Shown here in pieces: positions 13,818 to 28,865 of a stretch of DNA of 64,000 bases; positions within the stretch are counted from its first letter, which is position 1; every line of letters begins with the position of its first letter. Location: NCBI GenBank assembly GCA_951406725.2, contig OX597815.1, positions 103,354,001 through 103,418,000 on the forward strand, in the 5' to 3' direction. Under the pieces are notes generated by a model. It saw nothing but the letters and a program-made list of their open reading frames with translations. It made no database searches and was not told the origin of the DNA. Both the position numbers and the translations under genes were made by a program. This stretch comes from Octopus vulgaris (Eukaryota).

Positions 13818-15020
13818 ATGGGTAAATTGTTGCCATTTATATTTCATATTTCGAGCATGCGGATTGTTTTTTTTTAAATTTTGGTGACTACACAGTATAG
13901 GAGGGTCCGTTGAGCACCGTCTGTGAGAAAAACAGCACCATGGCGCAAGTCACTGTGCCAGATATTTGGAAATGACATGGTGTACTGCTTGGCATTTGCG
14001 CCTGAAACTCCAATACGAACATTTCAGAGTGCTTGGGTGTCATTCCATTCTCTGGACTGTGCAGAGAAATCTGAAAGAGGTGAATGAGTCTAATGGTGAT
14101 TACAAACGTACTGCAGGTCAGAAAACGCACTCTTATCATCCTGACAAGAAAAGAACTCTTCAATTTGTTGGTAAGATCCAGGCCATGATTGACAACGATC
14201 TCTCCAAGTCAATCAGATCCATAACCAGGCAAAGGGGAGTATCTGAGTTTCTTATAAGGCAGGTAGTGCATGAAGACATTTGGCATTCCTCCTACAAGAT
14301 GTAAAATGGTCAATTTGTATCCCAAGCCATCAAGAGCATGAGGAAAGACTGCGCTACGAAGCTTTTAAAGAAACTCGGATACTAAACACTTAAAACAAAC
14401 CTTGACTTGCTGTGCCCCCAAAACATGTACCGAGAGTGATAAAAATCAAGCATCCAGTCAACATCATGGTGTTTGGAGTGATCAATAGTGATGGCAACGT
14501 TATACTTTCATTCATCTTCTCCCAAAGCCTCATACTCCACAGGATGGCCTACATCAAGTGCCAGGAGAAGGTAATGTTGGATCAAGAGGGTGGCGGCTGG
14601 GAAGCCCTATGTCTGGCAACAGGACTCTATATCATTCCACACAACCGGGAGACTGCTAGACAAATTCTGCGACCACATCGCCCCTAACATCTGTCCACCT
14701 AACTCCCCAGACTGCAACCCCCCTCTTGAGTTTTATGCGTGGGGTGCAGTTGATCGGGAGACCAACAAAATTTTTGTAACACCAAAGACGAACCGATGGC
14801 AAGGATTATGGCAGCATTCACCAACTTAAACAAGGAGACTGTCCAAAAGAGTTGCAGGAGATTTCGAAGTTGTCTGGAGGCGGTGGTTGAATCCAATGGC
14901 GATTTTATTGAATAATTTTACTATTTAGTATTTCAAGATATTTTTATGTACTTTTGATAAATATGTTAAAACATGATGTCAGGGTTATTTTCATTCTTGC
15001 GTAGTTTATACGACAATTTC
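13818..15020 (+). mobile_element. Decayed IS630-Tc1-mariner transposon (maT/DD37D-like)
   Basis: Transposase fragments MVFGVINSDG, YVWQQDS and PPNSPDCNP, with frameshifts. Same family as 34918-35968. Confidence 0.8.
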
Positions 15021-16180
15021 TGTATATATGAATGTAAATTGTTAGAGTTCTTGGAAAGTCGTATGCAAAGTCAATATGTATGAACTGCTTTTGAGTCTAG
15101 ATTTCAAATCTCGTTGTGATTAACTTTGATTTTCATCAGTTCGAGGAGAAAACAAAATTTGAATCCAAGGCATTTGGCAAGTAAAACAGCCGGACTTGGT
15201 TCAGGCATTCCACACACACACACACATACACACACACACCCATACACAAACACACAAACACACAAACACCCATACACAAACACACAAACACACACACATA
15301 CAAACATACACCTATACATGCATATATATAATTATGTTAGGATCAATAAAGTGTGATATATAGACAACTGATTATATCTCGAAGAGTGGTAAGTTTTCTG
15401 ATATCTGTTTAATGTTAACATATATATATTTACTGGTCTATAATACTGCTAATGCATCAAACAAGATTATTCACTGTTTTATAATACTTTCTACTCCCTA
15501 TTCGTGAACAAGATAGAATGCATACAGCACTAGCAACGTGAAATAGTGTTGAAATGTAAAGAACCCGATTAAAATCAAGTGACTCTCTTTTACTGATAGG
15601 CAAATAGCGAAATGTCCTGAATTCTCTTTACAGAAATCATGGAAACAAATTTTGTATCGTAAATTAATACCGAGATGGATTTTCCAAAAATATCATGTAC
15701 GAAACCGGTAAGTAAAATCGACTGAAATATGAATTTAATAAGTATATTAATATTTATCGCCAGTACCGCTGACGTAGTCTCTTTTAGAGAAATTTAGAAA
15801 TATTAATATTTCTAATTTAATTTTAATAAGTGTTTTCCATAAATAGTTCACATACTTACTTGCTACCATTATATACGAATAACGGCTGTTTTTCTGTCAG
15901 AGATTTTTTTTTGCCATAATTTTCACGCACGCACATGATATAGAGTATATTGCAATAGGCCTCTTACGATTTGTTCACTATAGCTGTTAACCCAGGCAGT
16001 GCTCTCTCTTCATAGCTGTCAAAGATTTATACATCAGTTTACCACTATAATAATTCCTACCAACCCTCCTGAGAAATGTCGACACTGGTTTATCTCATTT
16101 TCCATGTACAAAACGGTTGGTAAAATCAGCTGAAATTAAATGGATTGTAATATGACAACGCATACATTATATATACAATG

Positions 16181-16220
<40 letters not shown>

Positions 16221-16269
16221 TACATACATACACATATAGACAGTTAAATAGATATATATATATATATAC

Positions 16270-16309
<40 letters not shown>

Positions 16310-16444
16310 GTGTGTGTATGTATATATTGCATATATATATATATATATATATATAGGTATATATATATAGGCATGTAAATATATACATAGATATACCTGT
16401 GCTTGTTTGTGTGTGCGTGTGTGTGTGTGTATGTGTGTGTGTGT

Positions 16445-16491
<47 letters not shown>

Positions 16492-17605
16492 TGTGTGTGT
16501 GTAGTGTACTATCATTCTGAATAAAAAAGAGTTCACATTAGCTTTCGTTAGATATCTCTTTAAGATTTTCAATAAATATCAACAACAAAATCAGCACCGT
16601 AATTAGTATGCGATCGTTTGTAAAGACTTTGAGCTGTTTGAATTTTTTTCCCCCTTACATGAAATCAACAATATTTCAATAAAATCATTAGAGAAACGGA
16701 TATCTGAAAACTTGCATTCAATGCCCTTAATGAAGCTGGTTTGTTGGATGAGTTCAAATTGACCATTCCATTGGATGTGCAACAGTAACAATAAAATAGT
16801 TTAAGAATATGGACGCCTAAAGCTGTCTGAACTATTTGAAGATTTGATCAATTGCAATGTTTTATGTTATGTTTTACTTCACAAACTGATCACAGGAAAG
16901 TATTCTTTCATCGAAAAAGATTTCAGTTCCTTTAAATTTGAAATTTAAAAAGAGCGCAGAAAGAATAATATGAAAATTAAAAATGTTTGTATTTTTAGTA
17001 TGAAAGGGTTAACTGGGAGATATTTTTGAATATACAACAGCTAAATTTAGATTCATAAAGAAGTTTTCGTTCTTTGATACATTAGCACATGCTGATCGCA
17101 TAATGTACTATATGCATATATACAAAATATTTCATTTCGAAAAATTGTGCTTTAGTTATAAATTCTATCTATCTATTTACAGTCAGTTTGGAAATGCAGT
17201 CAATATTTTTCAACCTCAATTGTATGTTATTAATACGATGTTTTTACCCTAGTTGTATCATGTTAGCTATCAACAACTAGCCATAAGAATGCTGTTAGAA
17301 AACCTTAACTAAATAGTTCCGTGTTCTCAGACAGATATTAAATATCTTGTCTCCTCCATAAGAGCCGATATGTTTCTTGGTGATATGTCTAAATACGTCA
17401 TTCTCTTGTTGCGTATAATACGAATGTGGCTTCTCTGTCAGAGACGGAGAAGTTTTTTAAACTTTATTTTTTTTTTCTGGAATATAAAGGAATGACATTT
17501 ATACAAGAAACGCTACGTTCCATATGTTCACAGATAGGTTGTCGAAACAAAATAAAACTGCACCACATATTCGCCTATTCACAAAGCCTATTTATCCAAC
17601 ACCGA

Positions 17606-17693
<88 letters not shown>
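17606..17693. repeat. (CT)n microsatellite
   Basis: Directly visible. Confidence 0.97.
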
Positions 17694-17699
<6 letters not shown>

Positions 17700-20074
17700 C
17701 ATTCGGTTACGAAGATATGGTATAAAACGCCAGAAGCCTCAATAGAAATCATTCTAGTCGAGACAACGTAAACTTTCTAAAGCCGAGTACATGAACACTG
17801 ATCGTTACTATACTATCGGTCAGTTTTCAGTTGATTATATAGACTTCTCTCAGTTGTCTGCGTTGTTATAATATGATTTGGAACGGTTAAAATAAAAAGT
17901 AATGTTCTTCTCTGTATTTCTTGATGTATTTTAAAGATATATGATGGATCTTTCTTGTGCCGAAGTTTTAAATTTGCCACAAATATGAAAATTAAATTTG
18001 CCTACGTAAATTTCATTTAAACATTTTGCGTAGCTTTTGTCTACTTTTATATCTTCCATGTTGAGCAATTTATAAATCATTCTTCGAAAGTGGTAATAAA
18101 GACTACTACCACACCTGCCCCAATAGCTGATACAAAATATGCTGGGTTTTTTTATGAAATATTCGATCACTAAAGGATGCGGATGATCATTATGTATCCC
18201 TTTGGTATAAGTCAAATAGATTTGTCACTAGTACACAAGTACTAATGTAAAAAGAACGTTGGCTTTTACTTGAAGCGTCAAAAGTTAAATTTGCCCCTTA
18301 TAAGATTGTTCCCAGAATCTATGGGCACATTTACTGAGGCGAAGACAGCTGTCTGATTCTCCTCACTTACAAAGCTGAAGCGATTTATATATTCAGTTAT
18401 TTAGTTTGTCGATCTTTTGATAAAGCAGTTTGAGGATAGCTTGAATATTGCATAATAACAACTGACTAACTTTACTCATTGCAATTAGTATTTTGCACAA
18501 ACAATGAATTTAAGTAAAACATGATGGTGTCTAGATAGAGATTTTTGAAGGCAGCCCCGGTAATCTTTTCTTCTAGCAAATATTTATGAAGCTTTCTATA
18601 TTCTGGACCGGTTGTAGTATATAATCAGGTAACTCACAATGCCTTATAAAACACAACAGCAACTCAACTCTTCTAAGACAATGTAGCACTCCGATTCTAC
18701 TAACCAAATTTCTATCAAGGAAATTTTACAAACAAGGCTTCAGACGAGAAGTAGATTTAGTATAAAACACACGAGGGACGACCGTAGCAGGATTAGTACC
18801 ATATGTTTAACGCAGAAAACAATAAAATGTTATAGAAATGTAACAATACAAAACCTAAACAAATGATTTCATGTATAAACAGTACGGAAATAAATATGCC
18901 TGAATAATCTTAAATATAATGATGCCAACAAAAGATATAAACTTTTGTAGATAGACTGATGATGAAGGTTTTCCAGGGATTAATAAATACGAACAACTTT
19001 TTCAAAACTTTTGACAGTGATTCTAAAGTCCTTCTGCTGAATTCTCATTTATTTTACCATCTACTCTGTTATGTATCTTGCAGATATGAGCAGAGCCCAG
19101 TGTTTTTACTGGGCAAGGAATTCCAGGTACGAATTCTCTTTTACAGTGAATACAGAATAGTTCCAAATGAAGAATTGCTTGCGTCGGAAAGAAGACCACA
19201 AATGTTTCGTTCTCCAAATACATCTAGCAAAAGAATTCAATGAAGTCTGAATTTCATTAGATTTGTTTTTACGCTACAATTTTTGTTTCTTCGCATAAGT
19301 GAATCTTGATATCTTTTCTAATTCCCAAACATTTCGATGTGTTGTGGCTTGCAGAAATTTCACACCATTTTGTGTGCAACATTTACTACGTCATAACTAC
19401 ATTGGCAACATTCATGAAATGGATAAAGTGCATTCGGCAGACGTTCTGCAGTTGAGTAGTAATTACATAATATTTTATTAATCATAGAAAGCTTTCATTT
19501 TACATTGTATATTAATTTCCCCCATTGTTTTGTTTTATTTAAGGATTTATGCAAACTAATTGTGATTTTATAAACAATCTGAATAATAATTTAATTAAAT
19601 TTTGATTCGAAATATTTATGAAAGTATTAGAGGACGTTTATAACTCCATGTTCTTCACATGATATTAACAATACTGTAGCAATAATGCATGATGTAAAAA
19701 GAACGTTGGCATTTACTTGAAGCGTCAAAAGTTGCTTAATTGAATATTACCACATCACAAACTTTACATAAAAGTCACTCGAATGTAAAATGCTAATTTC
19801 ATGATTGTCATACCCGCAGTCATACAATCAGAGAAAAGGGAAACTACAGTCGGTCATATAATCACTTAGTTGTAAATACAAGTACTGAATTTTCTAAACA
19901 AATTTTCCAGCAGAACAAAGATCAACATGAAATACCAGGTTAAATACAAGATAGCTTAGTAAAGCTTCATACCAGAATATTTTCATAATATAAACGCTAC
20001 CTTGAAGAAGTGCAGTATAGGAACACAGCAATGTTATTAGATATTAGTTCACTTATTTGCTTATAACAGCTCTT

Positions 20075-21345
20075 CAAAGGGGATGACATCATCGATCCAA
20101 GACATTTATCATCATCCTCCGCCTTCAGCATGTTCTCATGGGAGCAGACGTGGCTGATGACACCGACACAAGGTAGGCAGAACCTGTTGCACAGCTGCAG
20201 TTCGTTGATAACGATGTTTCCTCCTCTGTTTATATAGTCTCCTTCTTTCGGTTTCAAGGTGCTCTACTCCAGTGTCACACGCGGACCTCCATACCTTGCG
20301 ACTATCAGCCATAGTCTCCAATCGACTGTAGGGGAAATCATATAAAATAAGAGACCACTTGAGATAATCTTGAAAACGAAGTTTTGGACGTCCATGAGAC
20401 CTACTTACAATCTCGATTACGCTGAAGAAGACCATCTTTAGAAGCGAGTTACCCGCATCTGAAACACGCGACGAACCAAACGAAGGATATGAGGGAGGAT
20501 GCAGTCTTCAATGTTGTGGATCCAAGGCCTCGGGAGAATTTCAGTATGAGGCGCCTTGTCCTTCCACTTAAGTCCGAGTATATTTTAGAGTGTCACTTCT
20601 GGCGCCGATAAGCGGTTGAGTAGTTAGACCCATACAGGAGGTTGGATACACAGACAACTCCATAAACGTATAATTTCGTGCTGGCGCTAAGGTTCTTGCT
20701 CTCAAAGACGTTCGTTGAGGTTAAGTTCATCCGACAGAGTATCTCCTCGCCAAGAGAGCAGAATGACTCCGCTTGCGGTAGAGAAGAAATTTCAATAATA
20801 CGGGCTGAGGATGTGGTGAGTTCGGGAAGGCAAATTGGAGAACTTCAATTTTTTTATGATTCCCTTGAAGACTGAGCCGAGAATAGGCACTGAGCATTCA
20901 GTTCGTCCTGTATTGAAGAGGGGCGTAGGTATGAGATGGTGCAGCCGCATCGTCAGCATACTGAATCTTGTACAGAGTGATTGAGAGGGTTTTTTGATGG
21001 GGCTTTCAGGCAGTGATTGTTAAAGTTGTTTCCGTCATAGTGGTAGCTAAATCGAATTCCGTCTTCGGTGAACTGTCTTCTGGAGAGAAGGGTTACAGTC
21101 ACCAGGTAAATGTTAAATAGTACAGGGGCAAGAATGCATCGTTGTTTTACACCAACCTAGACATAACAGGATTCCGAGACCTCACTGCTGAGATCACACT
21201 TGCCTGCATACCATCATGAAACTTCGGACGATCGAGAGAAACGTTGGTGGACAGCTAAACTTCTGAAAACAGGCACCACAGCATAAGACAATTGACAGTT
21301 TCTAACGCCTTTGTTAGATGATGAAGGCATAACATATGTCCCTCT
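20075..21345 (-). mobile_element. Decayed RTE-clade LINE (3' part of RT ORF)
   Basis: Minus-strand translation gives VKQRCILAPVLFNIYL, QYADDAA and RSHGRPKLRFQDYLK...SRKVWR, with many disruptions. Confidence 0.75.
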
Positions 21346-22842
21346 GCTGTATACGACACTTTTCATTGACAAAACTTATCAGTGGAATGTAATGACTAGA
21401 CTCCAAATTTATAGACACCTTATTTATGTAGAGCATTAAAGTTTGAATGTATCTCTCACTGCCATTCTCTCTATATATATTTCTTTACCGCTGTATTTGT
21501 GTTTATGTATATGCGTGTAACTGTATGTGTGTATGTGTGCGTGTGTGTTTTGTGTGTATTTGAGTGTATTTATATATATACAGAGTGAGAGGGGGAAATG
21601 ATGCGAGAAAAAGTAATAGGTATTTTATGCTGTATATAAAGTATACTGTCTCAATAAACCGACTTCCTTTATTATATAAGCCTGTTGGTCTTTTTATGCA
21701 ACGCAATGCAGTTGACTTGCTACATTTTCTTCTTAGCCCAATGGCCACTTGCGTTTTAGTTAGCGTCAACGTGTATAGTTACCGGTTTGAAATCCAATAA
21801 CAATCATCACGTTACACATTTGCAGGCAAAAACATACACATATGTATATATATAATGAACATAAAGGGAGTATGTTTATATATTTTCGAAGAAAATATTG
21901 GTATCATTCCAGAAGGAATGATGCAGTAAAACAATGCAGTATTCTCATCAGGGATAAAAAGAGAAACAAAATGCATCAATAAGTCATTTTAACTGAATGT
22001 GATTACAAAAACATTTTACCAAACCCTGGAATTTCTACATTTATAAGTCCTTGTAGTTTTGCATTCATTCATCTCCCAGGCTACTTGAATCCGGCGAGTA
22101 CTAGTAACTTAATCAAAAAGCATTAAACCTCTGGGAATGGCAAAGGAATGTATAAAAACACGAAAACGAGAACGGAGACAAAATCGAGTAAGGTAGAATT
22201 ATACACATACAACAGAACATATTTCGGCTATACGACACAAAACAACTGTACGTATACGAATACGAATACGAATAAATAACAGAAAGGGTTTTTCGACCAT
22301 CGGACGAACGTAACGTTATGAAATATTAATGCAAGTTTAACAGAAAAAGAATTACACATATACAGTGGACAAGCGCCTTTCGGCTATACAACAAAGGGAT
22401 AAGTGTACAATTACAACATATATAAATATGACGAACGTAGTAAGCTGGTGCAAAGGATATATGGAAAATTTTAACACACCGGCCTGAGACACGGCTGGCC
22501 GAAAAAAGACGACAATACTTTAACCGGATAGCTATCACGTGGTGGGCGATGGGAAGAGTTGAGGAAGACAGAGATATTAAGGGATAGGAGAGGGAAGAAA
22601 ATCAGAGGGTAACAATCAGAGTGAGAAGGAATGAAAGAGTGAGAGAGGGAGAGGGAGAGAATTGGAGTGCAAGGAAGGCGAGTAGGAAATTCGAGTAGTC
22701 TCGGAGATAAATGAGTGCGTAACTAAAAGGACTTCCCGGACACCGACTGTGGAGGAAATCGGCTGCGAGTGATCTGTGTATCTTGTTTTTGCGCGTTGTG
22801 TTTTGTTGATTTCCGCTTGTGTTCTCTCTGTCCTACATTTGA

Positions 22843-22916
<74 letters not shown>

Positions 22917-23789
22917 ATATATTAATGTGTGCTTATGTATGTAAGTGCGTACGTATGTATATATATGTATGTATGTATGTATATGTGCGTAAGTGTCTCT
23001 ATCATCAACAATAATACAAGAGCTAACAGCAACAGTAATATATAGTATGAAATACATAAACAAATACACTTCAAATAAGACATAGGTAATATGACTTCCT
23101 AGTCTATTTTAAAAAGAGGAATCTAATATTTTTTTATCTTAGGTATAAACGCATAAACTTCAGACTAAACAGCCACAACTATACAATTAACAGGAACAAA
23201 ATGTCTACCACACCATCAATAATGCCGCCATCACAAACACCTAAACCAGGGCAAGCCATATCGTCACCACTATCAACTCACCAACTTTTAAATCCAACTG
23301 CCTGTAAGAGATATCAGCATAAACGCCAACACATGTGTATGCATGCTTGTGTGCGTGTATGCACGTGTGTGTGTATTTTTTAAAATTCGGTAGTCCAAAA
23401 GGCAAAATATCTACACAAGCTGGTGACCTCTCATATAGTAAATTTCACTTCCTAAATCCTTCGCCCTTTCATCTCGTTTTCATTATTACATCCATAGGAA
23501 TATCGTGTTGGGGTCCATCTTTTACCATATATTTGTGGTAGATAATTAATTACCGCTGTTGTCGGATTCACCTTCAGTTTAGTATGTCTGACAAAAAAGC
23601 TTTCAAGTAAACCCGAAGGCAACAGTGAAAACAGGAACTGTAAAAGGATTACACTGTATATTAAACTTTATGTTTTAACTAAATTTGATACAGAAATAAA
23701 AAAAATTAAATCTTGTTAAATCTTGCAACGTCTACAGTGAGAACAATACGTAACGGGAGAGAGAGAAAATTATATCCAGTGCTCGAGAA

Positions 23790-24750
23790 GCTAAGCTACA
23801 CTATTAACTATCCAGGCCTTAACTTTTCATAAATTTAATATAATATTTAAAATAGGACGACTCTTGAGTGTATGGACGGAGGATTAGAATCGGCATAATG
23901 TGCCAATAAACACGGTGGTAATGTATTTGAAGACGAGCCAAAAGTTTTGATAACGATTTCCAGAAAAAGCAAGATGAAACTTCTAATGAAAATCCCTTTT
24001 AGTTAGTAAAATTGTTTTGAAAGGCATATTATGAGAACAGAACTTTCGAGGCATAGTATATGAGAAGAATGTTTGAGGTACATTATTTGAAAACTTCCAA
24101 ACAACTTATGAAAGAAATTGACAGGGAGGATAAACCTACAGCTGGAGATTTCTGGCAATAATGGAAGCTGTGTATAATATAGCTGAGTCATGGGACGGAG
24201 TCAAACCTCAACTTTGAATAGTGCTAAATAAAATATACAGCCGGAGTATTCGTGATGTTACAAGTGTTTCTCCGGCAGAAATTCTATATCAAATTCAGAA
24301 AGCTATTGGGGCACTTGCTAAACATTTGAAGAAATCATACAGAATGATGTGAGTTACGAGTGTCCCAGAGAGAAAGTGTATCTAACGAGCAGCGGATGTT
24401 GTTAGAAAAAGCACACGCTGAGAATACAGATGAAACAACGGAAGTTTCGCCAACAAAACTTAAATTGACAGCAAAAACTGTTACTAAAAGATTGCCAACT
24501 ACAGAGGAAAGTCTGCAGTTTTCGGCTGAAAATTATCTTAATCGTGAATGCACCATAAAAATTACAAGAGTTTCCTATGAGCTCAGTTCCTATGATGCTT
24601 CATAAATTACAAGTAACTTTGAATAAGTTCTTCAGCCTTCGTGATAATAACTATGAACTAGAAAATGTAGTATTTGTGATAATGAACTATAAGATACTAA
24701 ATATTGTCCATTATGTTCCAAGTAACGCTTATCCACCACCACTTTTCATA
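23790..24750 (+). mobile_element. Possible pogo/Tigger-like transposase relic
   Basis: Weak motif IAESWDGVKP plus a short ORF at 24360-24605. Heavily decayed, boundaries uncertain. Confidence 0.3.
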
Positions 24751-25087
24751 CAGTAGTTAGCATCTTTCGTAGTAAGAATGTACGCTCTCGATATCATGAT
24801 TCTTATTAATTGACTAACTTATTCCTCTTGAAATGTTTTACATAGCTATATCATACTGTCTATGTCTAGAAATAATTATTTTCATGTATTAAGATGATAG
24901 TATTGCTTGCTCACTCTTGTTTTCTTGTGCTTCGATTTTCGTTTCTTTTTCGAAAAACGTCCCCAGAAATGCATTCTCACTTGATAATATGGAAATCAAT
25001 AGGAAAGTTAATTTCGAATTACAGATTATCGGGTTACGGCTAGATTTTCAGGAACCCCATTCATTCATAAAGCGAGGAATGTTTGTA

Positions 25088-25185
<98 letters not shown>

Positions 25186-25190
25186 GTATG

Positions 25191-25240
<50 letters not shown>

Positions 25241-26123
25241 ACTCTGTTTTTTCGTTGTTTGAAAAAAGGTCGTTTCCATGTTTTTTGTTTTTATGTTTTC
25301 GTTTCTCATTGCGTTCAACGTTTTTTTTTTTGGTGTCCTGTACCCATATAGATATAGGTATGTACATATATGTATGTATATATGCATATGTTTATATATT
25401 ATTTATGTTGTTATATGATCGAACGCCACGCATCCATTTCCAAGTAAGTTTTATCTATATATACATATACATATATGTATGTGTGTGTATGTATGCATGC
25501 TTGCCTGAATGCAAGCATGCATGCATATGTATGTATCTATGTATGTATGTTCATATGTATTTCTTATATTCTCGGTTCATCCGCTCTTTGATAATTTTCG
25601 TTATCGCGATAGACAGCCAAGAGTCTTGGCCTCACCAAGCCGGTGCGCTAATCATGCAAACACACTGCACTGGATTACATTTTATCAGTAGCACTCGTGA
25701 CATAACTACAATAACAATCATTCATATATATGAAGTGCATACATAATTGTGCATATTTTATTTTAGTGAAATAGTGAAATCCTATTGATAATTCAATTAG
25801 CCATATATTTTCAATCATCGTATGTCACATACAGATTTTAAACTTTTTCTCCATTTTAGGAGTATTTTAATCAAGAATTATTGCATTTGACTTCATGAAA
25901 TAAGTTCATTCCAAATCTGATAAGCTTTTCAGACAGAAATGCAACAAACATTAGGCTAATCATCTATAGGAATAAGAAATTAACTTCACCTGTCAAATCA
26001 CGTACTTTAGTATTTATATGCATGCGTTGAAAGTAGTTTTCATAAAAAAATATTTCGATAAGTTTTTATTAGATAAATTTATATACATTACAATATATAT
26101 ATACATATACATATATATATATA

Positions 26124-26485
26124 TCTCTCTCTATATAAACGGCAGTTTGTCTGTGCGTGTTTCTGTGTGTCTGTTTGCTTGTACCCTCACCCTGACCACG
26201 GCTTTCAACCGATTCTGATGAAACTTGACACACACATAGCCCAATGTCATAATTCAAAACTAACGCAGCGAAAATTTTGAAAAGTTCCCCCAGTTCTGAA
26301 AAAAATCGATAAATTCGACATGGGGTCGAGAATGAGAAACACAAACCACAAACTGTCTAGGGGACGCAACTCCACCTTTTTTAAATCTCAAAAAAAATTT
26401 ACCATCATTTTTTGGCTATAACTCTCTAAAATGCTTTATAGTTATTTCCCTTACAAACCTGAGCAACGCCGGGCGATACTGCTAG
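26124..26485 (+). mobile_element. Non-autonomous Helitron
   Basis: A|TCTCTCTCTATATAAA...CCTGAGCAACGCCGGGCGATACTGCTAG|T. Its 3' end is shared with 1015-1230. Confidence 0.85.
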
Positions 26486-26561
<76 letters not shown>

Positions 26562-26728
26562 TAGATAGATAGATAGATAAATGAAAGATAGTAAAAACAC
26601 ACACAAATTTTCACACGAAAGCACGTGATTTCTGCCCTTGGCATGTAGCTTCAACCGTGCTTTCTGACGTAAATTTGCTACCCGGGTATCGGTTAACCGA
26701 ATTATCCATACTAGGATAATTCATTCAG

Positions 26729-26769
<41 letters not shown>

Positions 26770-28798
26770 GTGAGAGAGAGAGAGAGAGAATTAGCAGTTG
26801 TAGTAACCGACGAAGGGAAAAAAATATCCGCATCCGCTACCTGTGTTATCCTCGGGTAATGGTGTGCAGGGACACCATATACGTCGAGCGCAGGTAACAA
26901 TAGGATAAACAAAAGTCTATCAGAAACCAATGCAAATGTCTTACTTTATATCAATAAACATGCTTTAAATATGTTCCTTTCGATGTACTGGTTAATCTTC
27001 TCCATTTTCTAATTATTTGCATTTATATATGTGTGTGAGAGTATGTATGCGCATATTTCCCATATATCTGTATGCATTGTGTATATGTCTTTATGTGTGC
27101 GTTAATAAATGATCACTTAGAAGCACTTTTAAGTATGCGTCAACAAATTCACCGAAAAAATTTTTGTGGGATCGTTCAGCTCAACCCAAAAGTAGTAACT
27201 CAAGATACACTCAACGTCTCCAATACAGAAATGTATATTCGATGATATAGCTTTTTTCATGCAAGAATATATAATGCGGTTACTGTTAAGTGATTGTGAA
27301 GTGATCAGTTATTGTTATTGTTAAGTGATCTGCATCACTTAAGGTATGCGCTATCAGAAAATTCCTGTAGTTAAATCACCGACATCAACACTAATTACTT
27401 AAGGAGAATTACATCTGTTTATCTGAGGTACGACCTCCTGTACTTTTCTTTCATCTGTAGCAGCTCGTATCATGATGCTGTTCAATCGTAAGCTGATCGA
27501 GAGCAGAACAACATCAACAAATGTAACTCGACCTGTATTCTAAGAATATTTCCATTGCGATGACAACTTATCTTCCAGTGAGCTGGTCACAGTGTCCTTG
27601 ATAAGGGACGTGGTTTTTACCATACTCCCCTAAGTTATTAAGGACAAAAGCGTGCATAATAGCTCAATGCATAATAGTTCTTGATCGTTGAATTTTCGAT
27701 GATCAATATATCAACTGTATGTCGTTAAAATTAAATATAAATATAAATGATTTAAATTGCAATTTTGCATGAAATTCAATTCTGCACGCTAATATTTCAA
27801 TTTACTTTTACATTCATTAATTTGTAGATTTAGTTTTCCTACAAAATTACCTGCTATATTGATATAATTATTTTAGTGAATTGTTCTATATAGATTCTAT
27901 ATAAATAACCCTATATATTATTATGAAATAAATGATGACACACATAATATGGTGAGAACAATATATTTCATTATTCAAGAATACACATGGAGCAGTATAA
28001 ATTGTTAATCAACGACTATATCAGGGAAACAAAAGCAAGGTCGACGATTAAAATAAGAAGAAAATAATAACAAAAGCGAAATTGAAAAATATGCAAATGC
28101 GTTGCCACATTTACGTTCCTAATTGATTAAAAATATAACGAGCTAATGCGATAGGGGAAGGTTAAGTTGTTCGATAAGGGAAGGTTAAGTTCACTCGAAA
28201 AATTCTATTTCCGTTTTCTGAAACTGTCAAAAATTTATTGGCCTCGATTAAATTTCTTCTTGATATACATTAAACTTGACTAGTTCCTGAAGTCATAAAT
28301 ATATAGTACATTTTAGTCAAAATGCTCTTGTTATTTATACGGTAGAGGTTCTAATTAATATACCATTATAAAAGGCATTTCAACAAGAACTATCCCATTT
28401 TTATATATCAAGGATTACACAACCGGAAAATTTCTATATTTTATTAAGACGTTATATTGAGCTGTTGAAAAACTTTGGCTGCAGGTCGAAAAGCGACCCA
28501 CATGAACTCTCCAAGGGTAAATGTCGTTCTAAAAAAATCGCTTGCATAATTAAGCATACTTAATACCGACGTAATTTCGACCATAACCAATTTGCTTGTA
28601 TATATAACATTGTCGATCTAGGAATATTTTTTTCAAATAATACTTCTATTTTTAAGAGAGGAGAGAGAGTGACACAAGGCGAATTCAACTGCGACACCTA
28701 GGCGATAGCAGAAGGCGTTGAAAGGACTCTCCTCGCTAGTTCTTATAAATATATTTCCATTGCTATCTGAAGAGAGTGCCTCAGGAAGACGTTTTATA

Positions 28799-28857
<59 letters not shown>

Positions 28858-28865
28858 CGTATATG

